The notes below the pieces were generated by a model. The model did no database searches and was not told the origin of the DNA. It saw only the letters and a list, made by a program, of their open reading frames with translations. Source: Gloeobacterales cyanobacterium (GTDB lineage Bacteria > Cyanobacteriota > Cyanobacteriia > Gloeobacterales > PMM-0068). From it: 63,709 nucleotides of DNA. Shown here piece by piece: positions 48,064 through 57,818 of this stretch. The translations under genes were made by a program, and so were the position numbers. Where the stretch lies: the NCBI GenBank assembly GCA_049582005.1, contig JBAUTB010000142.1, forward strand, positions 1-63,709. The letters are read 5' to 3'. Numbering within the stretch: the first letter of the stretch is position 1; every line of letters starts with the position of its first letter.

Positions 48064-48268
48064 GAACACAGTACTTCGCTTGAATCAGGTTATCACTGCG
48101 AGGGGGGTGTTCCTGCCTTCAATCGAGCATGGCTACAGCAATCATCGAAGGCAGGAGTCAACAAAAAGTAACAGAAGTAGGGTTCTAAGTCTCAAGAAAT
48201 AAAGGTTGTTGGTCCCACTTCCTGAAAAAATATATAAGCAAAGAAGTGGGAGCGCACTAGGAACTGCC

Positions 48269-48916
48269 ATGCGTAAGATCATGTTGCTCGGAGCTCCAGG
48301 CTCTGGAAAAGGGACTCAAGCCCAAATCCTACAAGAAGACTACAAAATCCCCCAAATCTCAACGGGTGATATTATCCGGGCTGCGATTAAGGCACAGACG
48401 CCTCTGGGGCAAAAATTTCAGACCTATAGCAATAAAGGTAAGCTGGTGCCCGACAAACTCGTGGTGGCCCTCGTAGAAGAGCGGATGAAAGAACCGGATG
48501 TGGCCCAGGGCTGGATTCTCGATGGATTTCCTCGGACCATCAAGCAAGCTAAAGCCCTTGATGCCATGCTAAAACGCCGAAAGGAAGCCCTAGAAGGAGT
48601 GATTTTGCTCCAAGTCCCCGAGGAGATTCTGTTTGAACGTTTAACGGGGCGTCGGACCTGCTCCGTCTGTAAACAGACCTTTCATATCAAGTTCAAACCT
48701 GCGCCTGACACAGGCTGTACCGATGGTGGTCCCCATACCCTGGAACACCGCAAAGACGATTCTCCAGAAGTTGTTCCGGTCCGTCTAGAAGCGTTTCAAA
48801 ATGAAACAGCGCCGCTCATTGACTACTACAAAGCCCAAGGCAAACTGCATATCGTAGAAGGGGATCAGTCCATGGAGCAAGTATGTGCGCAATTTAAGGA
48901 ACTCATGGGAGACTGA
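48269..48916 (+). CDS. adk: Adenylate kinase (long form, CxxC-x16-CxxD lid)
   Basis: Contains the GAPGSGKGTQ P-loop, GFPRT and the lid CSVC...CTD. I chose the ATG at 48269 over the track start at 48206. Confidence 0.92.
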   Translation: MRKIMLLGAPGSGKGTQAQILQEDYKIPQISTGDIIRAAIKAQTPLGQKFQTYSNKGKLVPDKLVVALVEERMKEPDVAQGWILDGFPRTIKQAKALDAMLKRRKEALEGVILLQVPEEILFERLTGRRTCSVCKQTFHIKFKPAPDTGCTDGGPHTLEHRKDDSPEVVPVRLEAFQNETAPLIDYYKAQGKLHIVEGDQSMEQVCAQFKELMGD

Positions 48917-48964
48917 CTTGCTTGCTGCTGTCATAATGAGTAAAGACCAGGAAAGGAAATTGGC

Positions 48965-49765
48965 ATGAGAGGTATTGAAATTAAGTCCCCCCGCGACATC
49001 GAACGGATGCGTGTAGCTGGCCGGATTGTAGCCACGGTATTGAAAGAGGTCATGGAGATTGCCGCTCCTGGGATGACAACGGCTGATTTGGATGCCCATG
49101 CAGAGCAGCGGTGCAAAGACTTTGAAGTCATACCTGCCTTCAAGGGCTATGGTGGATTCCCCGCCTGCCTATGCACCAGCGTTAACCATGAAGTCGTGCA
49201 CGGCATTCCCTCCAAGAAGAAAGTGCTCCGCGATGGAGATGTGGTCAAAGTAGACTTTGGCGCTATCTATCAAGGATTTCATGGTGATTCTTGCATCACC
49301 GTTGGTCTTGGCACCATAACGCCAGAGGCCCAGAAACTTATAGAAGTGGCAGAAGAAGCTTTGATGCGCGGAATTTCCAAGGTTAAGCAAGGCATTCTTC
49401 TCCAGGAAGTTTCAGGAACGATTCAGGATTATGTAGAAGCCCATAACTTTTCAGTGGTCCGCCAATATGTAGGCCACGGAGTCGGTCGCAAACTCCACGA
49501 GGCTCCCCAGGTGCCAAACTTTCGCACCCGCGAGTTGGGCAATCCTCGATTGAAAGCAGGGATGACCTTAGCAATTGAACCCATGGTCAATGTGGGTAGC
49601 TATGACACCCGCCTCCTAGAAGATAAATGGACGGTCGTTACCGTAGATGGTAAACTCTCAGCCCAATTCGAGCACACAGTCCTCGTAACCCGTGACGGTC
49701 ACGAAATCTTAACGGACCGTACAAAAGTAGACCGAGCCACTATGAAAACGATTTTGGTCGCCTAA
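48965..49765 (+). CDS. map: Type I methionine aminopeptidase
   Basis: Metal ligand context is present (VVKVDFGA, GHGVG, LAIEPM, QFEHT). Confidence 0.93.
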   Translation: MRGIEIKSPRDIERMRVAGRIVATVLKEVMEIAAPGMTTADLDAHAEQRCKDFEVIPAFKGYGGFPACLCTSVNHEVVHGIPSKKKVLRDGDVVKVDFGAIYQGFHGDSCITVGLGTITPEAQKLIEVAEEALMRGISKVKQGILLQEVSGTIQDYVEAHNFSVVRQYVGHGVGRKLHEAPQVPNFRTRELGNPRLKAGMTLAIEPMVNVGSYDTRLLEDKWTVVTVDGKLSAQFEHTVLVTRDGHEILTDRTKVDRATMKTILVA

Positions 49766-49849
49766 GTCTTCTTCCCCTGAAGAGAAAACCTGTTTTGCTT
49801 TCCCTGAAATGCGGTCAACGCGCTTCGGAAGTTTTACAATTAGAAATGT

Positions 49850-50089
49850 ATGTATAAAGGATATTCCTTGTCCAAAGAAGATCTGATTGAAATGGAAGGA
49901 GTCGTAGTTGAAGCTTTACCAGGCACGATGTTCCGGGTAAAACTTGAGAATGACTACGAAATCCTGGCCCACCTAGCGGGCAAACTCAAGAAAAACTACA
50001 TCAAAGTTCTATCGGGCGATAAAGTCCGTGTAGAGCTAACTCCCTATGATTTGACCAAAGGTAGAATCACCTTCCGGCTGAAGAAGTAG
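49850..50089 (+). CDS. infA: Translation initiation factor IF-1
   Basis: [67 protein letters not shown] is canonical IF-1. The TTG at 49868 would give the canonical length. Confidence 0.9.
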   Translation: MYKGYSLSKEDLIEMEGVVVEALPGTMFRVKLENDYEILAHLAGKLKKNYIKVLSGDKVRVELTPYDLTKGRITFRLKK

Positions 50090-50222
50090 AGCTAAAAAGC
50101 TGCGCCATAAAAAGGCAAACTCAGGCTGTATATCGTTAGTTCTCATCAGTAATTCCTGGCAAATACTAAAAAGAGGGGTTAATTCTGTACCCTTTTCTGG
50201 GCAGTTTTGTTAAGATATGTAA

Positions 50223-52025
50223 ATGACTGCCATCCAAAACGAGCCCGCGCTCCTTTCAAGTTCAAGTTCTTCTGCAGACCTTTCCCGTTTGCGGAGGTAT
50301 GATACTGGGCAAATTGAGCGGTACTACAGCAATAAAGGATGGCGGGCTTTTGTCCGGTTTTTCCAAATTTTGCTGCCTCTATTTGTTTTTGGATTTTTAG
50401 TTTGGTGGGATAGCCTCACGGGGAATGTTGAACGCAACCAGCCCAAGCGGGCTGTACGCTTCCGAGAAACCCTTACCAAGCTAGGGCCTTTCTATATCAA
50501 GATTGGGCAAGCGCTCTCTACGCGACCGGATGTTGTGCCTCCGGTTTATTTGGAAGAGCTTACCCTCTTACAAGATGATGTCCCACCTTTTCCCAATGAG
50601 TTGGCCTATCAACTGATTGCAGAAGAATTAGGCCGGACGCCCCAAGAAGTTTATCAAGAAATCAGCCCTGAACCGATTGCTGCCGCCTCTCTAGGACAGG
50701 TTTACAAGGGTAGGCTCAAGACAGGCCAAGCCGTGGCAATTAAGGTCCAGCGTCCAGATTTAGTCCCCCGTATTTCCCTAGATCTATATATCTTTCGTAG
50801 CTTGGTTGGCTGGATCACTCCTAAGCTCCCCTTCATCCACAGCGATGTGGTGGCAATTTTGGATGAATTCGGGACCAAACTCTTTGAAGAGATGGATTAT
50901 GTACATGAAGGTCAAAATGCAGAACATTTTGCCCGTTTATTCAAGACTATGCCAGAAATATATGTTCCCAGGATCTATTGGGAATATACCCGTCGTCGGG
51001 TTTTGACGATGGAATGGGTGGACGGTATCAAGCTTACCCGTCTGGACCAAATCCAGCAGGCAGGACTAGATGGCGAAAAACTGATTGAAATTGGCGTACA
51101 GTGCTCTCTGCGCCAGCTGATGGAGTATGGCTTTTTCCACGCAGACCCTCACCCAGGCAACCTCTTGGCTATGGCAGATGGCCGTTTGGCCTACCTAGAC
51201 TTCGGGATGATGAGCGAAGTTACGGCGGAGCAACGCTATGGCTTAATTGATGCGGTAGTACATCTAGTCAATCGGGATTTTGAATCGCTCTCTGAAGACT
51301 ACGTCCGTTTAGGATTTTTGACCCCAGAGACTGACCTCACCAAGATTACCCCAGCCCTGAGAGAAGTTTTCCAAGATGCTTTAGGGGCAACGGTGAATGA
51401 CCTCAACTTCAAGCGCATTACCGATAAACTATCCGGCATCATGTATGAACTGCCCTTCCAAGTGCCTTCCTACTACGCTTTGATTATTCGTTCGATGGTG
51501 ACCTTAGAAGGGATCGCCTTGAGTGTCCGCGGCGACTTCAAAGTTTTGGCCGTGGCTTATCCCTATGTGGCGAACCGGATGCTGACGGATCGCTCTCCCC
51601 AACTCCGCAATTCTTTGAATGAACTGCTCTTCCAGGGGGGCAGCTTCCGCTGGAACCGTCTAGAGAATCTTTTGACCAATGCCAAGAATGCGCGCGACTA
51701 TAGCACCGACAATACCCTAGAGCAAATTCTAGATTTTCTGCTTTCCGAAGGGGGTACTTCCACCCGAGAACGCTTGCTAGAAGCCCTCTTCAACAACCAA
51801 AACGAAGGGTTTAAACGGCTTTGGGCCATGGCAAACAAAGGAGATAGAAAAATCCCGCCAGACCCTCGAAAATACATACCCATCGTCCGGCAGGTTTTAG
51901 CCCGCAAAGAAGGAAGAGAATTTGGTCGCAAGTTAGTATCTCGCTGGATCGAGCAACAAACCGCCCGCCTCCTGCGCAGGATTTTGCTGCCCAGTCCCCA
52001 GATGGCTAAAGCACTCAGGAGCTGA
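50223..52025 (+). CDS. ABC1/UbiB-family atypical kinase
   Basis: Contains PIAAASLGQVYKG, AIKVQRP and FHADPHPGNL. Confidence 0.88.
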   Translation: MTAIQNEPALLSSSSSSADLSRLRRYDTGQIERYYSNKGWRAFVRFFQILLPLFVFGFLVWWDSLTGNVERNQPKRAVRFRETLTKLGPFYIKIGQALSTRPDVVPPVYLEELTLLQDDVPPFPNELAYQLIAEELGRTPQEVYQEISPEPIAAASLGQVYKGRLKTGQAVAIKVQRPDLVPRISLDLYIFRSLVGWITPKLPFIHSDVVAILDEFGTKLFEEMDYVHEGQNAEHFARLFKTMPEIYVPRIYWEYTRRRVLTMEWVDGIKLTRLDQIQQAGLDGEKLIEIGVQCSLRQLMEYGFFHADPHPGNLLAMADGRLAYLDFGMMSEVTAEQRYGLIDAVVHLVNRDFESLSEDYVRLGFLTPETDLTKITPALREVFQDALGATVNDLNFKRITDKLSGIMYELPFQVPSYYALIIRSMVTLEGIALSVRGDFKVLAVAYPYVANRMLTDRSPQLRNSLNELLFQGGSFRWNRLENLLTNAKNARDYSTDNTLEQILDFLLSEGGTSTRERLLEALFNNQNEGFKRLWAMANKGDRKIPPDPRKYIPIVRQVLARKEGREFGRKLVSRWIEQQTARLLRRILLPSPQMAKALRS

Positions 52026-52059
52026 CAAGGAATTTTCCCAAAGACAATTCTAATCTTCC

Positions 52060-53487
52060 CTAATCTCGCCAGGTTTCATCTAAAACAGTCCCCTCCGCAC
52101 CCACTAATTGGACATGCAAGGGCATTTGACCTGCGGCATGGGTCGAACAACTGAGGCAGGGATCAAAGGCACGAATTCCTGCTTCAACCCGATTTAGCAT
52201 ACCTTCAGGAATTTCAGGACCGTGGATGTAATGTTGGGCAATTTGGGTCACCGTTCGATTCATCGCCAGATTATTTTGTCCTGTAGCAATCAGCAGGTCT
52301 ATCTTTTTCATCAGGCCGTTTTCATCTACGTGATAGTGATGAAATAGCGTGCCACGGGGAGCTTCACTCACCCCAATCCCTTCTAACTGATTAATGCCTG
52401 CATGGGCACGGAGATGGCTAGAGAGAATATCGGGTTCATTCAGGAGTTGAGCTATCCATTCAATCGAACCCAATATTTCAATGAGCCGGGCGTAGTGATA
52501 GAAAAAGGATGAGAGGACGACGGTACCTTTCCCTCGGTCACGGAACTCTTTTAACTCCTGGTCTGCCAGAGGCCCACCGATATGGGTACAAATATTCAAA
52601 CGGGCGAGAGGACCGACTCGATACATCCCTGCTGGATAGCCAAGGGGTTTGTAGTAGGGAAACTTCAGATAGGACCAGGGTTCGACCGCTTCTCCCAGGA
52701 TTTCTTCAAAGCGGGTTGGGTCGAGACCATCCACCAGGATATTTCCTGCATTATCTACAACGCGGAGGTAGCCGTCATAGTTCTCCCAGGCTCCGTCGGC
52801 AGTGACCAAGCCCATAAACAGGCTGGCGAAGTTCCCGAAGACTTCTGTTTCTTGTTGGTAATCATCCAGTAAATTTTTGAATCGGTCGATCGCCTTCAGC
52901 ACGGTGGCTTGGACTTCAGGAATGCGGTCATGAATATGGGCACGGCCCTCTTCTGATAAGGGTTCTCGCACGCCTCCTGGCACGGCCCAAGAGGGGTGAA
53001 TCTTGCGACCGCCTAGAATCTCGATAATCTCTTGACCAAACTGGCGTAAACGAATGCCTCCCCTGGCCAGTTCTGGTTCTGCGGCAATCAGTCCAAATAC
53101 ATTGCGAGAGGCCGGATCGCTATCCATACCCAAAAGGAAGTCTGGGGCGCTGAGGTGAAAGAAGCTGAGGGCATGGGATTGGATAATTTGGGCCAGATTC
53201 ATAATCCGCCGCAGTTTGGTTGCCGTCGGTGGAATCGTAACCGATAAAATCTGATCTCCCGCTTTAGCGGAAGCCAGTAAATGGCTAATCGGGCAAATAC
53301 CGCAGATACGAGACGTAATGCCTGGCATTTCCCAAAGCGGACGGCCCTCACAGAACTTTTCAAATCCTCGGAACTCCGTCACATGAAAACGGGCGTCCGC
53401 TACCGCTCCATCCTCATCGAGATGGATGGTGATTTTGGCATGCCCCTCAATGCGGGTGACGGGATCAATAACAATGCGCTGAGACAT
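52060..53487 (-). CDS. hoxH: Bidirectional [NiFe] hydrogenase large subunit
   Basis: Has N-terminal RICGICP and C-terminal DPCLSCSTH Ni-Fe ligand motifs. A post-His extension suits HoxW processing. Confidence 0.93.
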   Translation of the reverse strand: MSQRIVIDPVTRIEGHAKITIHLDEDGAVADARFHVTEFRGFEKFCEGRPLWEMPGITSRICGICPISHLLASAKAGDQILSVTIPPTATKLRRIMNLAQIIQSHALSFFHLSAPDFLLGMDSDPASRNVFGLIAAEPELARGGIRLRQFGQEIIEILGGRKIHPSWAVPGGVREPLSEEGRAHIHDRIPEVQATVLKAIDRFKNLLDDYQQETEVFGNFASLFMGLVTADGAWENYDGYLRVVDNAGNILVDGLDPTRFEEILGEAVEPWSYLKFPYYKPLGYPAGMYRVGPLARLNICTHIGGPLADQELKEFRDRGKGTVVLSSFFYHYARLIEILGSIEWIAQLLNEPDILSSHLRAHAGINQLEGIGVSEAPRGTLFHHYHVDENGLMKKIDLLIATGQNNLAMNRTVTQIAQHYIHGPEIPEGMLNRVEAGIRAFDPCLSCSTHAAGQMPLHVQLVGAEGTVLDETWRD

Positions 53488-53506
53488 AAGCGGTCAACCT
53501 CTCCCC

Positions 53507-54049
53507 TTAGCCAAATCTAATCTCTTTTCCCTCTAAGTGAGGTTCTTCCTCTTTAATCAAGGACTCTAGTACTGCTCGGATCCGAGAGGCAGGAGGTGGA
53601 CAACCCGGCAGGTAGAAGTCCACAGGTACGACTTGATGAACAGGGAGAACTCGGTCCAATAATAGCGGGACGATCCCAGGCTCCTTAGGAATCTGGCGCT
53701 GGATGGCTGCAGCCTCAACATAACAGCGCTGGAGCACCGGTTCTGCACTACCGAAGGGATTCCGTAGGGCCGTGACATTTCCCGTAACGGCACAGTCACC
53801 AAATGAGACCAGGATCTTTGAGCGCTTTCTAACGGTTTGGATGAGGTGGAGGTTATCTTCGTTGGCAATCGCACCTTCCACTAACACCACATCCACGTTT
53901 TCTGGATATTCTTTAACATCGGCAAAAGGACTATAGACTAAATCCACCTGGGCTGCCAAATCAAACAGCCATTCGTCCAGGTCGAGAAAGGACATGTGGC
54001 AGCCAGAACAGCCTCCCAGCCAAACGGTTGCCAGTTTTAAACGAGCCAT
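53507..54049 (-). CDS. hoxY: Bidirectional [NiFe] hydrogenase small subunit
   Basis: [13 protein letters not shown] and LPGCPP are cluster ligands. The protein is the short 180-aa HoxY type. Confidence 0.9.
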   Translation of the reverse strand: MARLKLATVWLGGCSGCHMSFLDLDEWLFDLAAQVDLVYSPFADVKEYPENVDVVLVEGAIANEDNLHLIQTVRKRSKILVSFGDCAVTGNVTALRNPFGSAEPVLQRCYVEAAAIQRQIPKEPGIVPLLLDRVLPVHQVVPVDFYLPGCPPPASRIRAVLESLIKEEEPHLEGKEIRFG

Positions 54050-54753
54050 TGTTTTTTCTTCCTTGCCGTTGCAATAAATTCGATGCGGGAGCGGTTGTGG
54101 ACCATTTCGCCCACACTAGATCCCTGGTGAAAAATAGACCCGGTGGGACAAGCTTCTACACATTTGCCGCAGGAAGTACAGCTTTGGGAAGTGCCCCAGG
54201 GCTGATTCAGGTCCGTAATCACATGGGAGTGGTTGCCTCGACCCGCCATATCCCAGGTATGCGCTCCTTCGAGTTCGTCACAGACCCGTATGCAGCGTGT
54301 GCAGAGAATACAGCGGTTATGGTCTATGCCGAAGAGGTTATGGGAAAGGTCCACCGTCCGGCTTGGATTGAGGTATTCGAACTCCACATGGTCCATCCCC
54401 ACCCTGACAGCCATGTTCTGTAGTTCGCAGTGACCGTTGGAAACACAGACCGAACAAACGTGATTGCCCTCGGCAAAAAACATTTCGGTAATCATCCGCC
54501 GATACTGCTGTAGGCGTTCTGTATTCGTACGAACTTCCATACCCTCCATCGCCTTGGTGACACAGGCCGCCTGCAGTTTGTTACTGCCTGCAACTTCCAC
54601 CAAGCAGAGGCGACAGGCCCCCACCGCTGAGACTCCATCGAGATAACACAGCGTGGGAATGTTAATCCCGGCATCTTGTGCCGCTTCTAGCAAGGTCTCA
54701 TCCTCACGGGCACTGATCATTTGGTCATCAATCGTTAGGGTTTTGACTGCCAT
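54037..54753 (-). CDS. hoxU: Diaphorase subunit HoxU (NuoG N-terminal-like Fe-S protein)
   Basis: Has a 2Fe-2S motif (CRLCLVE...C), an HxxxC..C cluster, [11 protein letters not shown] and [12 protein letters not shown]. Confidence 0.9.
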   Translation of the reverse strand: MAVKTLTIDDQMISAREDETLLEAAQDAGINIPTLCYLDGVSAVGACRLCLVEVAGSNKLQAACVTKAMEGMEVRTNTERLQQYRRMITEMFFAEGNHVCSVCVSNGHCELQNMAVRVGMDHVEFEYLNPSRTVDLSHNLFGIDHNRCILCTRCIRVCDELEGAHTWDMAGRGNHSHVITDLNQPWGTSQSCTSCGKCVEACPTGSIFHQGSSVGEMVHNRSRIEFIATARKKKQWLV

Positions 54754-54761
54754 ATCGTTTC

Positions 54762-55244
54762 CTATGGAGGAGGTGGAATAATTTCAAGACCGTATTGCGG
54801 GGCTTCGGCCATGATTTTTTCGATATCTTCGGGACTGACGATCGGTGGAGAAGGGTGATTCGCTAAGGGCTTACCGACTTCCATAAAAAACTTCTCCAGC
54901 CCTGCGGGTGTCACCCAAATCAGCATTTTGCCTAGGGTTGATCCCCTATTGGTAAAGCGATGCAATTGGCCCTTTGGAGAATGGAGAAACGTACCAGGGG
55001 TGGCTACCACTACTTGTTCGCCCAGCTGAAATTCAAACTCCCCCTCTTGGACATAAAAAGCTTCATCTTCCCGTCCGTGGATATGGGGTGGAGGTCCATT
55101 CTGAGGTTGAATTTGGACTTCGACAAGGGCATAGGCTTGCCCGGTTTCCTCGCCTACGGCCTTAATGGTATACAAGTCGCCAAGTACCCAGTAGGACGAG
55201 CCTTGGCCTGGTTGCATCAAAATGGCCTGTGGATCGATAGTCAT
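54762..55244 (-). CDS. Cupin domain protein embedded in the hox operon
   Basis: The cupin motifs [18 protein letters not shown] and HRFTN are present. It ends 8 nt before the hoxU start. Confidence 0.7.
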   Translation of the reverse strand: MTIDPQAILMQPGQGSSYWVLGDLYTIKAVGEETGQAYALVEVQIQPQNGPPPHIHGREDEAFYVQEGEFEFQLGEQVVVATPGTFLHSPKGQLHRFTNRGSTLGKMLIWVTPAGLEKFFMEVGKPLANHPSPPIVSPEDIEKIMAEAPQYGLEIIPPPP

Positions 55245-55332
55245 TGTGAATTCCCCACCCTGAAAAGCAAGGGGGTGCTACTTAAAGCTAGAGGTACTTT
55301 TCTGCGTCTGGGGATCTTAAAGCTCATGGTTT

Positions 55333-57003
55333 TTATTGCCTCATCGCGTTAGGGTCTTGAATCAGGGCCAGGTATTCATTGCGGAAATAGCGTAGCGTGC
55401 TCAGGACAGGATTTGGCGCAGACTGGCCTAGCCCACAGAGGCTTGTTTCTTTCACCATCGGGCAGAGCGATTCCAACTGTTCTAAGTCCGCAGGGGAGGC
55501 CCTACCTTCATGGATTTTGGTCAAAAGCCGATACATCAGCACCGTGCCCGCGCGACAGGGAATACATTTGCCGCAGGATTCATCCATGCAGAATTCCATG
55601 AAGTAGCGGGCGACTTCCACCATGTTGTTGCTCTGGTCCATGACAATCATGCCGCCGGAACCCATAATCGAGCCCAGCTGGATCAGGGACTCATAGTCAA
55701 CGGGGGTATCCAGGGCATCCGCTGGAATACAGCCTCCAGAAGGCCCACCCGTCTGAACCGCTTTAACGGAACCGTCTGCTGGTGCTCCTCCGCCCATTTC
55801 TTCCACAATTTGCTGGAGGGTGGTGCCCATAGGTACTTCGACCAGACCTGTGTTACGGACGTTGCCGGTGAGCGAGAAGACCTTTGTGCCCTTGCTTTTC
55901 TCGGTACCGATACTGGCAAACCAGTCGGCTCCGCGACGGAGAATGGTCGGGACATTGGCGTAGGTTTCGACGTTATTAATCAGGGTTGGAGCTCCCCAGA
56001 GGCCCGATTCTGCTGGATAGGGGGGGCGGGGGCTCGGTATGCCCCGTTTACCTTCGATGGAAGCCATCAATGCCGTTTCTTCCCCGCAAACAAAAGCGCC
56101 TGCACCTATTCTGAGATCAATCCGAAAGTCAAAGGGGGACTCAAAAATCTGACTGCCCAAAAGACCTAGTCGTTTCGCCTGCCGAATGGCCGTTTCTAAA
56201 CGACTAATCGCCAAGGGATATTCAGCACGGACGTAGATATAACCTTGGTTCGCTCCCACGGCGTAGGCCGCAATCGCCATTCCCTCTAGCACGCGATGGG
56301 GGTCACTCTCCAGAATACTACGGTCCATGAATGCACCGGGGTCGCCCTCGTCGGCATTGCAGATGACGAATTTCTGGGAGCGACCCCCTGCTCCCATTGA
56401 CTTTGCCACGGTTGCCCATTTCAGCCCGGTTGGATAACCGGCTCCACCCCGTCCCCGAAGACCACTGCGGGTGATACTATTTACCACCTCAGAGGGCGTC
56501 ATTTCTTGCAAAACACGCTGGAGCGACTGATAGCCAGTGGCGGCGATATAGGATTCGATGCGCTCAGGGTCAATCTTGCCGCAATTTTCCAGCACAATCG
56601 ATAGCTGACGGGTAAAAAATGGATGGGTCAGGTCGCCCTGTTGGGCCGTGGCAGTCTCTCCTTTTAGGGAGGCCACAATGGAAGGGGCCTCATGAGGGGT
56701 GACCTTTTCGTAGAGTTGGGTCATCAGTTCGCACTGTAGGGGGGTAGGCCCTTCCGTCGCTAACCGTTCCCCAGCTCCATCAATCTGAACCAGGGGACCC
56801 TGACAGCACAAACGCATGCAGCCTACTCCTACGACCTGCACGCTATCTTGTAATCCCGCTTCTGTAACGGCTTGCTCCAGGCGCTGTTTGACGGCCAGGG
56901 AATTGGAAGACAGACAACCTGCGGCGGTACAACAGCGAATATGGATGCTCTTTTGAGCCTGACGTTCTTGTTCAGCAAGGGCCAAAAGTTCACTGATGTC
57001 CAT
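55333..57003 (-). CDS. hoxF: Diaphorase subunit HoxF (NuoF-like, NAD(P)H/FMN-binding)
   Basis: Contains [13 protein letters not shown] (FMN), ADEGDPGAF and [10 protein letters not shown] (4Fe-4S). The N-terminus is thioredoxin-like. I chose the MDISELL Met at 57003. Confidence 0.92.
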   Translation of the reverse strand: MDISELLALAEQERQAQKSIHIRCCTAAGCLSSNSLAVKQRLEQAVTEAGLQDSVQVVGVGCMRLCCQGPLVQIDGAGERLATEGPTPLQCELMTQLYEKVTPHEAPSIVASLKGETATAQQGDLTHPFFTRQLSIVLENCGKIDPERIESYIAATGYQSLQRVLQEMTPSEVVNSITRSGLRGRGGAGYPTGLKWATVAKSMGAGGRSQKFVICNADEGDPGAFMDRSILESDPHRVLEGMAIAAYAVGANQGYIYVRAEYPLAISRLETAIRQAKRLGLLGSQIFESPFDFRIDLRIGAGAFVCGEETALMASIEGKRGIPSPRPPYPAESGLWGAPTLINNVETYANVPTILRRGADWFASIGTEKSKGTKVFSLTGNVRNTGLVEVPMGTTLQQIVEEMGGGAPADGSVKAVQTGGPSGGCIPADALDTPVDYESLIQLGSIMGSGGMIVMDQSNNMVEVARYFMEFCMDESCGKCIPCRAGTVLMYRLLTKIHEGRASPADLEQLESLCPMVKETSLCGLGQSAPNPVLSTLRYFRNEYLALIQDPNAMRQ

Positions 57004-57502
57004 CTTCAAGCCACCCTTGTACAAAATGAATAGCCGATTCTGGCGTTTGGTAGCCTGACACTGCACCGTCAAAAACGACCACAGGAGCTAGGCTACAAGC
57101 GCCCAAGCAACGGGCGGTCAAAAGGGAAAGCTTCCCATCGGCTGTGGTTTCTCCTCCCTGGATGTGCGTTTGCTGCTCGAGGGCGGCTAGTACGGAAGCA
57201 GCCCCTTTGACATAGCAAGCCGTTCCCAGACAGACCACACACTGATGAAGCCCTTTTGGCGTAAGGGAGAAGAGATGATAGAAGGTAGCGACGCCATAAA
57301 CACGGCTAGGAGGCAGTTTCAAGCTATGGGCAATGTAGCGTAATAGGTCATCAGGCAAACAGCCAAAGAGTTCCTGGGCTTTGTGCAGTACTTCAATCAG
57401 GGCATCTTGCTGATACTGATAGCGCTTGATCGTGGCATCGAGTATTTTGTATCGCTTATCAGGGATCCTTATAGATTTTTTGTCGAGGATAGGAGCCTGC
57501 AT
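56990..57502 (-). CDS. hoxE: Diaphorase subunit HoxE (NuoE-like 2Fe-2S)
   Basis: Shows the CVCLGTAC...C..C pattern ([23 protein letters not shown]). Confidence 0.9.
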   Translation of the reverse strand: MQAPILDKKSIRIPDKRYKILDATIKRYQYQQDALIEVLHKAQELFGCLPDDLLRYIAHSLKLPPSRVYGVATFYHLFSLTPKGLHQCVVCLGTACYVKGAASVLAALEQQTHIQGGETTADGKLSLLTARCLGACSLAPVVVFDGAVSGYQTPESAIHFVQGWLEDGHQ

Positions 57503-57582
57503 ATCTCATCCTGAAAAGGAATCGTTGGAAAACCTCTTAAACAGAGATTGGAATCAGAATCCGTAATTTCTACTTTTTCTCC

Positions 57583-57610
57583 CCCCCCTCTCCGCAAGCG
57601 GAGAGGGGGG
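57583..57610. repeat. Perfect GC-rich hairpin in the hoxE-nifJ divergent intergenic region
   Basis: CCCCCCTCTCCGC (57583-57595) and GCGGAGAGGGGGG (57598-57610) are exact reverse complements. This gives a 12-bp stem with a CAAG loop, followed by CTGGGGGGTGAGGT. Confidence 0.6.
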
Positions 57611-57818
57611 CTGGGGGGTGAGGTTCTTGTTTCCTCTCGATTCTGACCATAGCCAAAATTAAATGGCGAATTGATTCACAAAAATTTAGCTCATAAAGAG
57701 CTAAGAAATATTCCAAATGTTTCATCTTGAGAACCATTTAGCTAGATATAGAGGGTGAAGTGACGTGCCCAAAACGTACAACAAACGAAATAACAACTCT
57801 TACAAGAGGTACCCTGAC

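Noticed and set aside
50090-50222. A search for rpmJ (L36), which normally follows infA.
   Set aside because: No MKVR-type small ORF is present in any frame. The spc-cluster remnant here is just adk-map-infA.
55510-56169. A 219-aa ORF antisense to hoxF, and a 174-aa ORF (62117-62641) antisense to the DHOD-like and pfkA genes.
   Set aside because: Both lie opposite strongly supported genes and show no recognisable domains.
57583-57610. The GC hairpin read as an intrinsic terminator.
   Set aside because: It lies between divergently transcribed hoxE and nifJ, so nothing is transcribed into it from a preceding gene. It also has no U-tract on either side.
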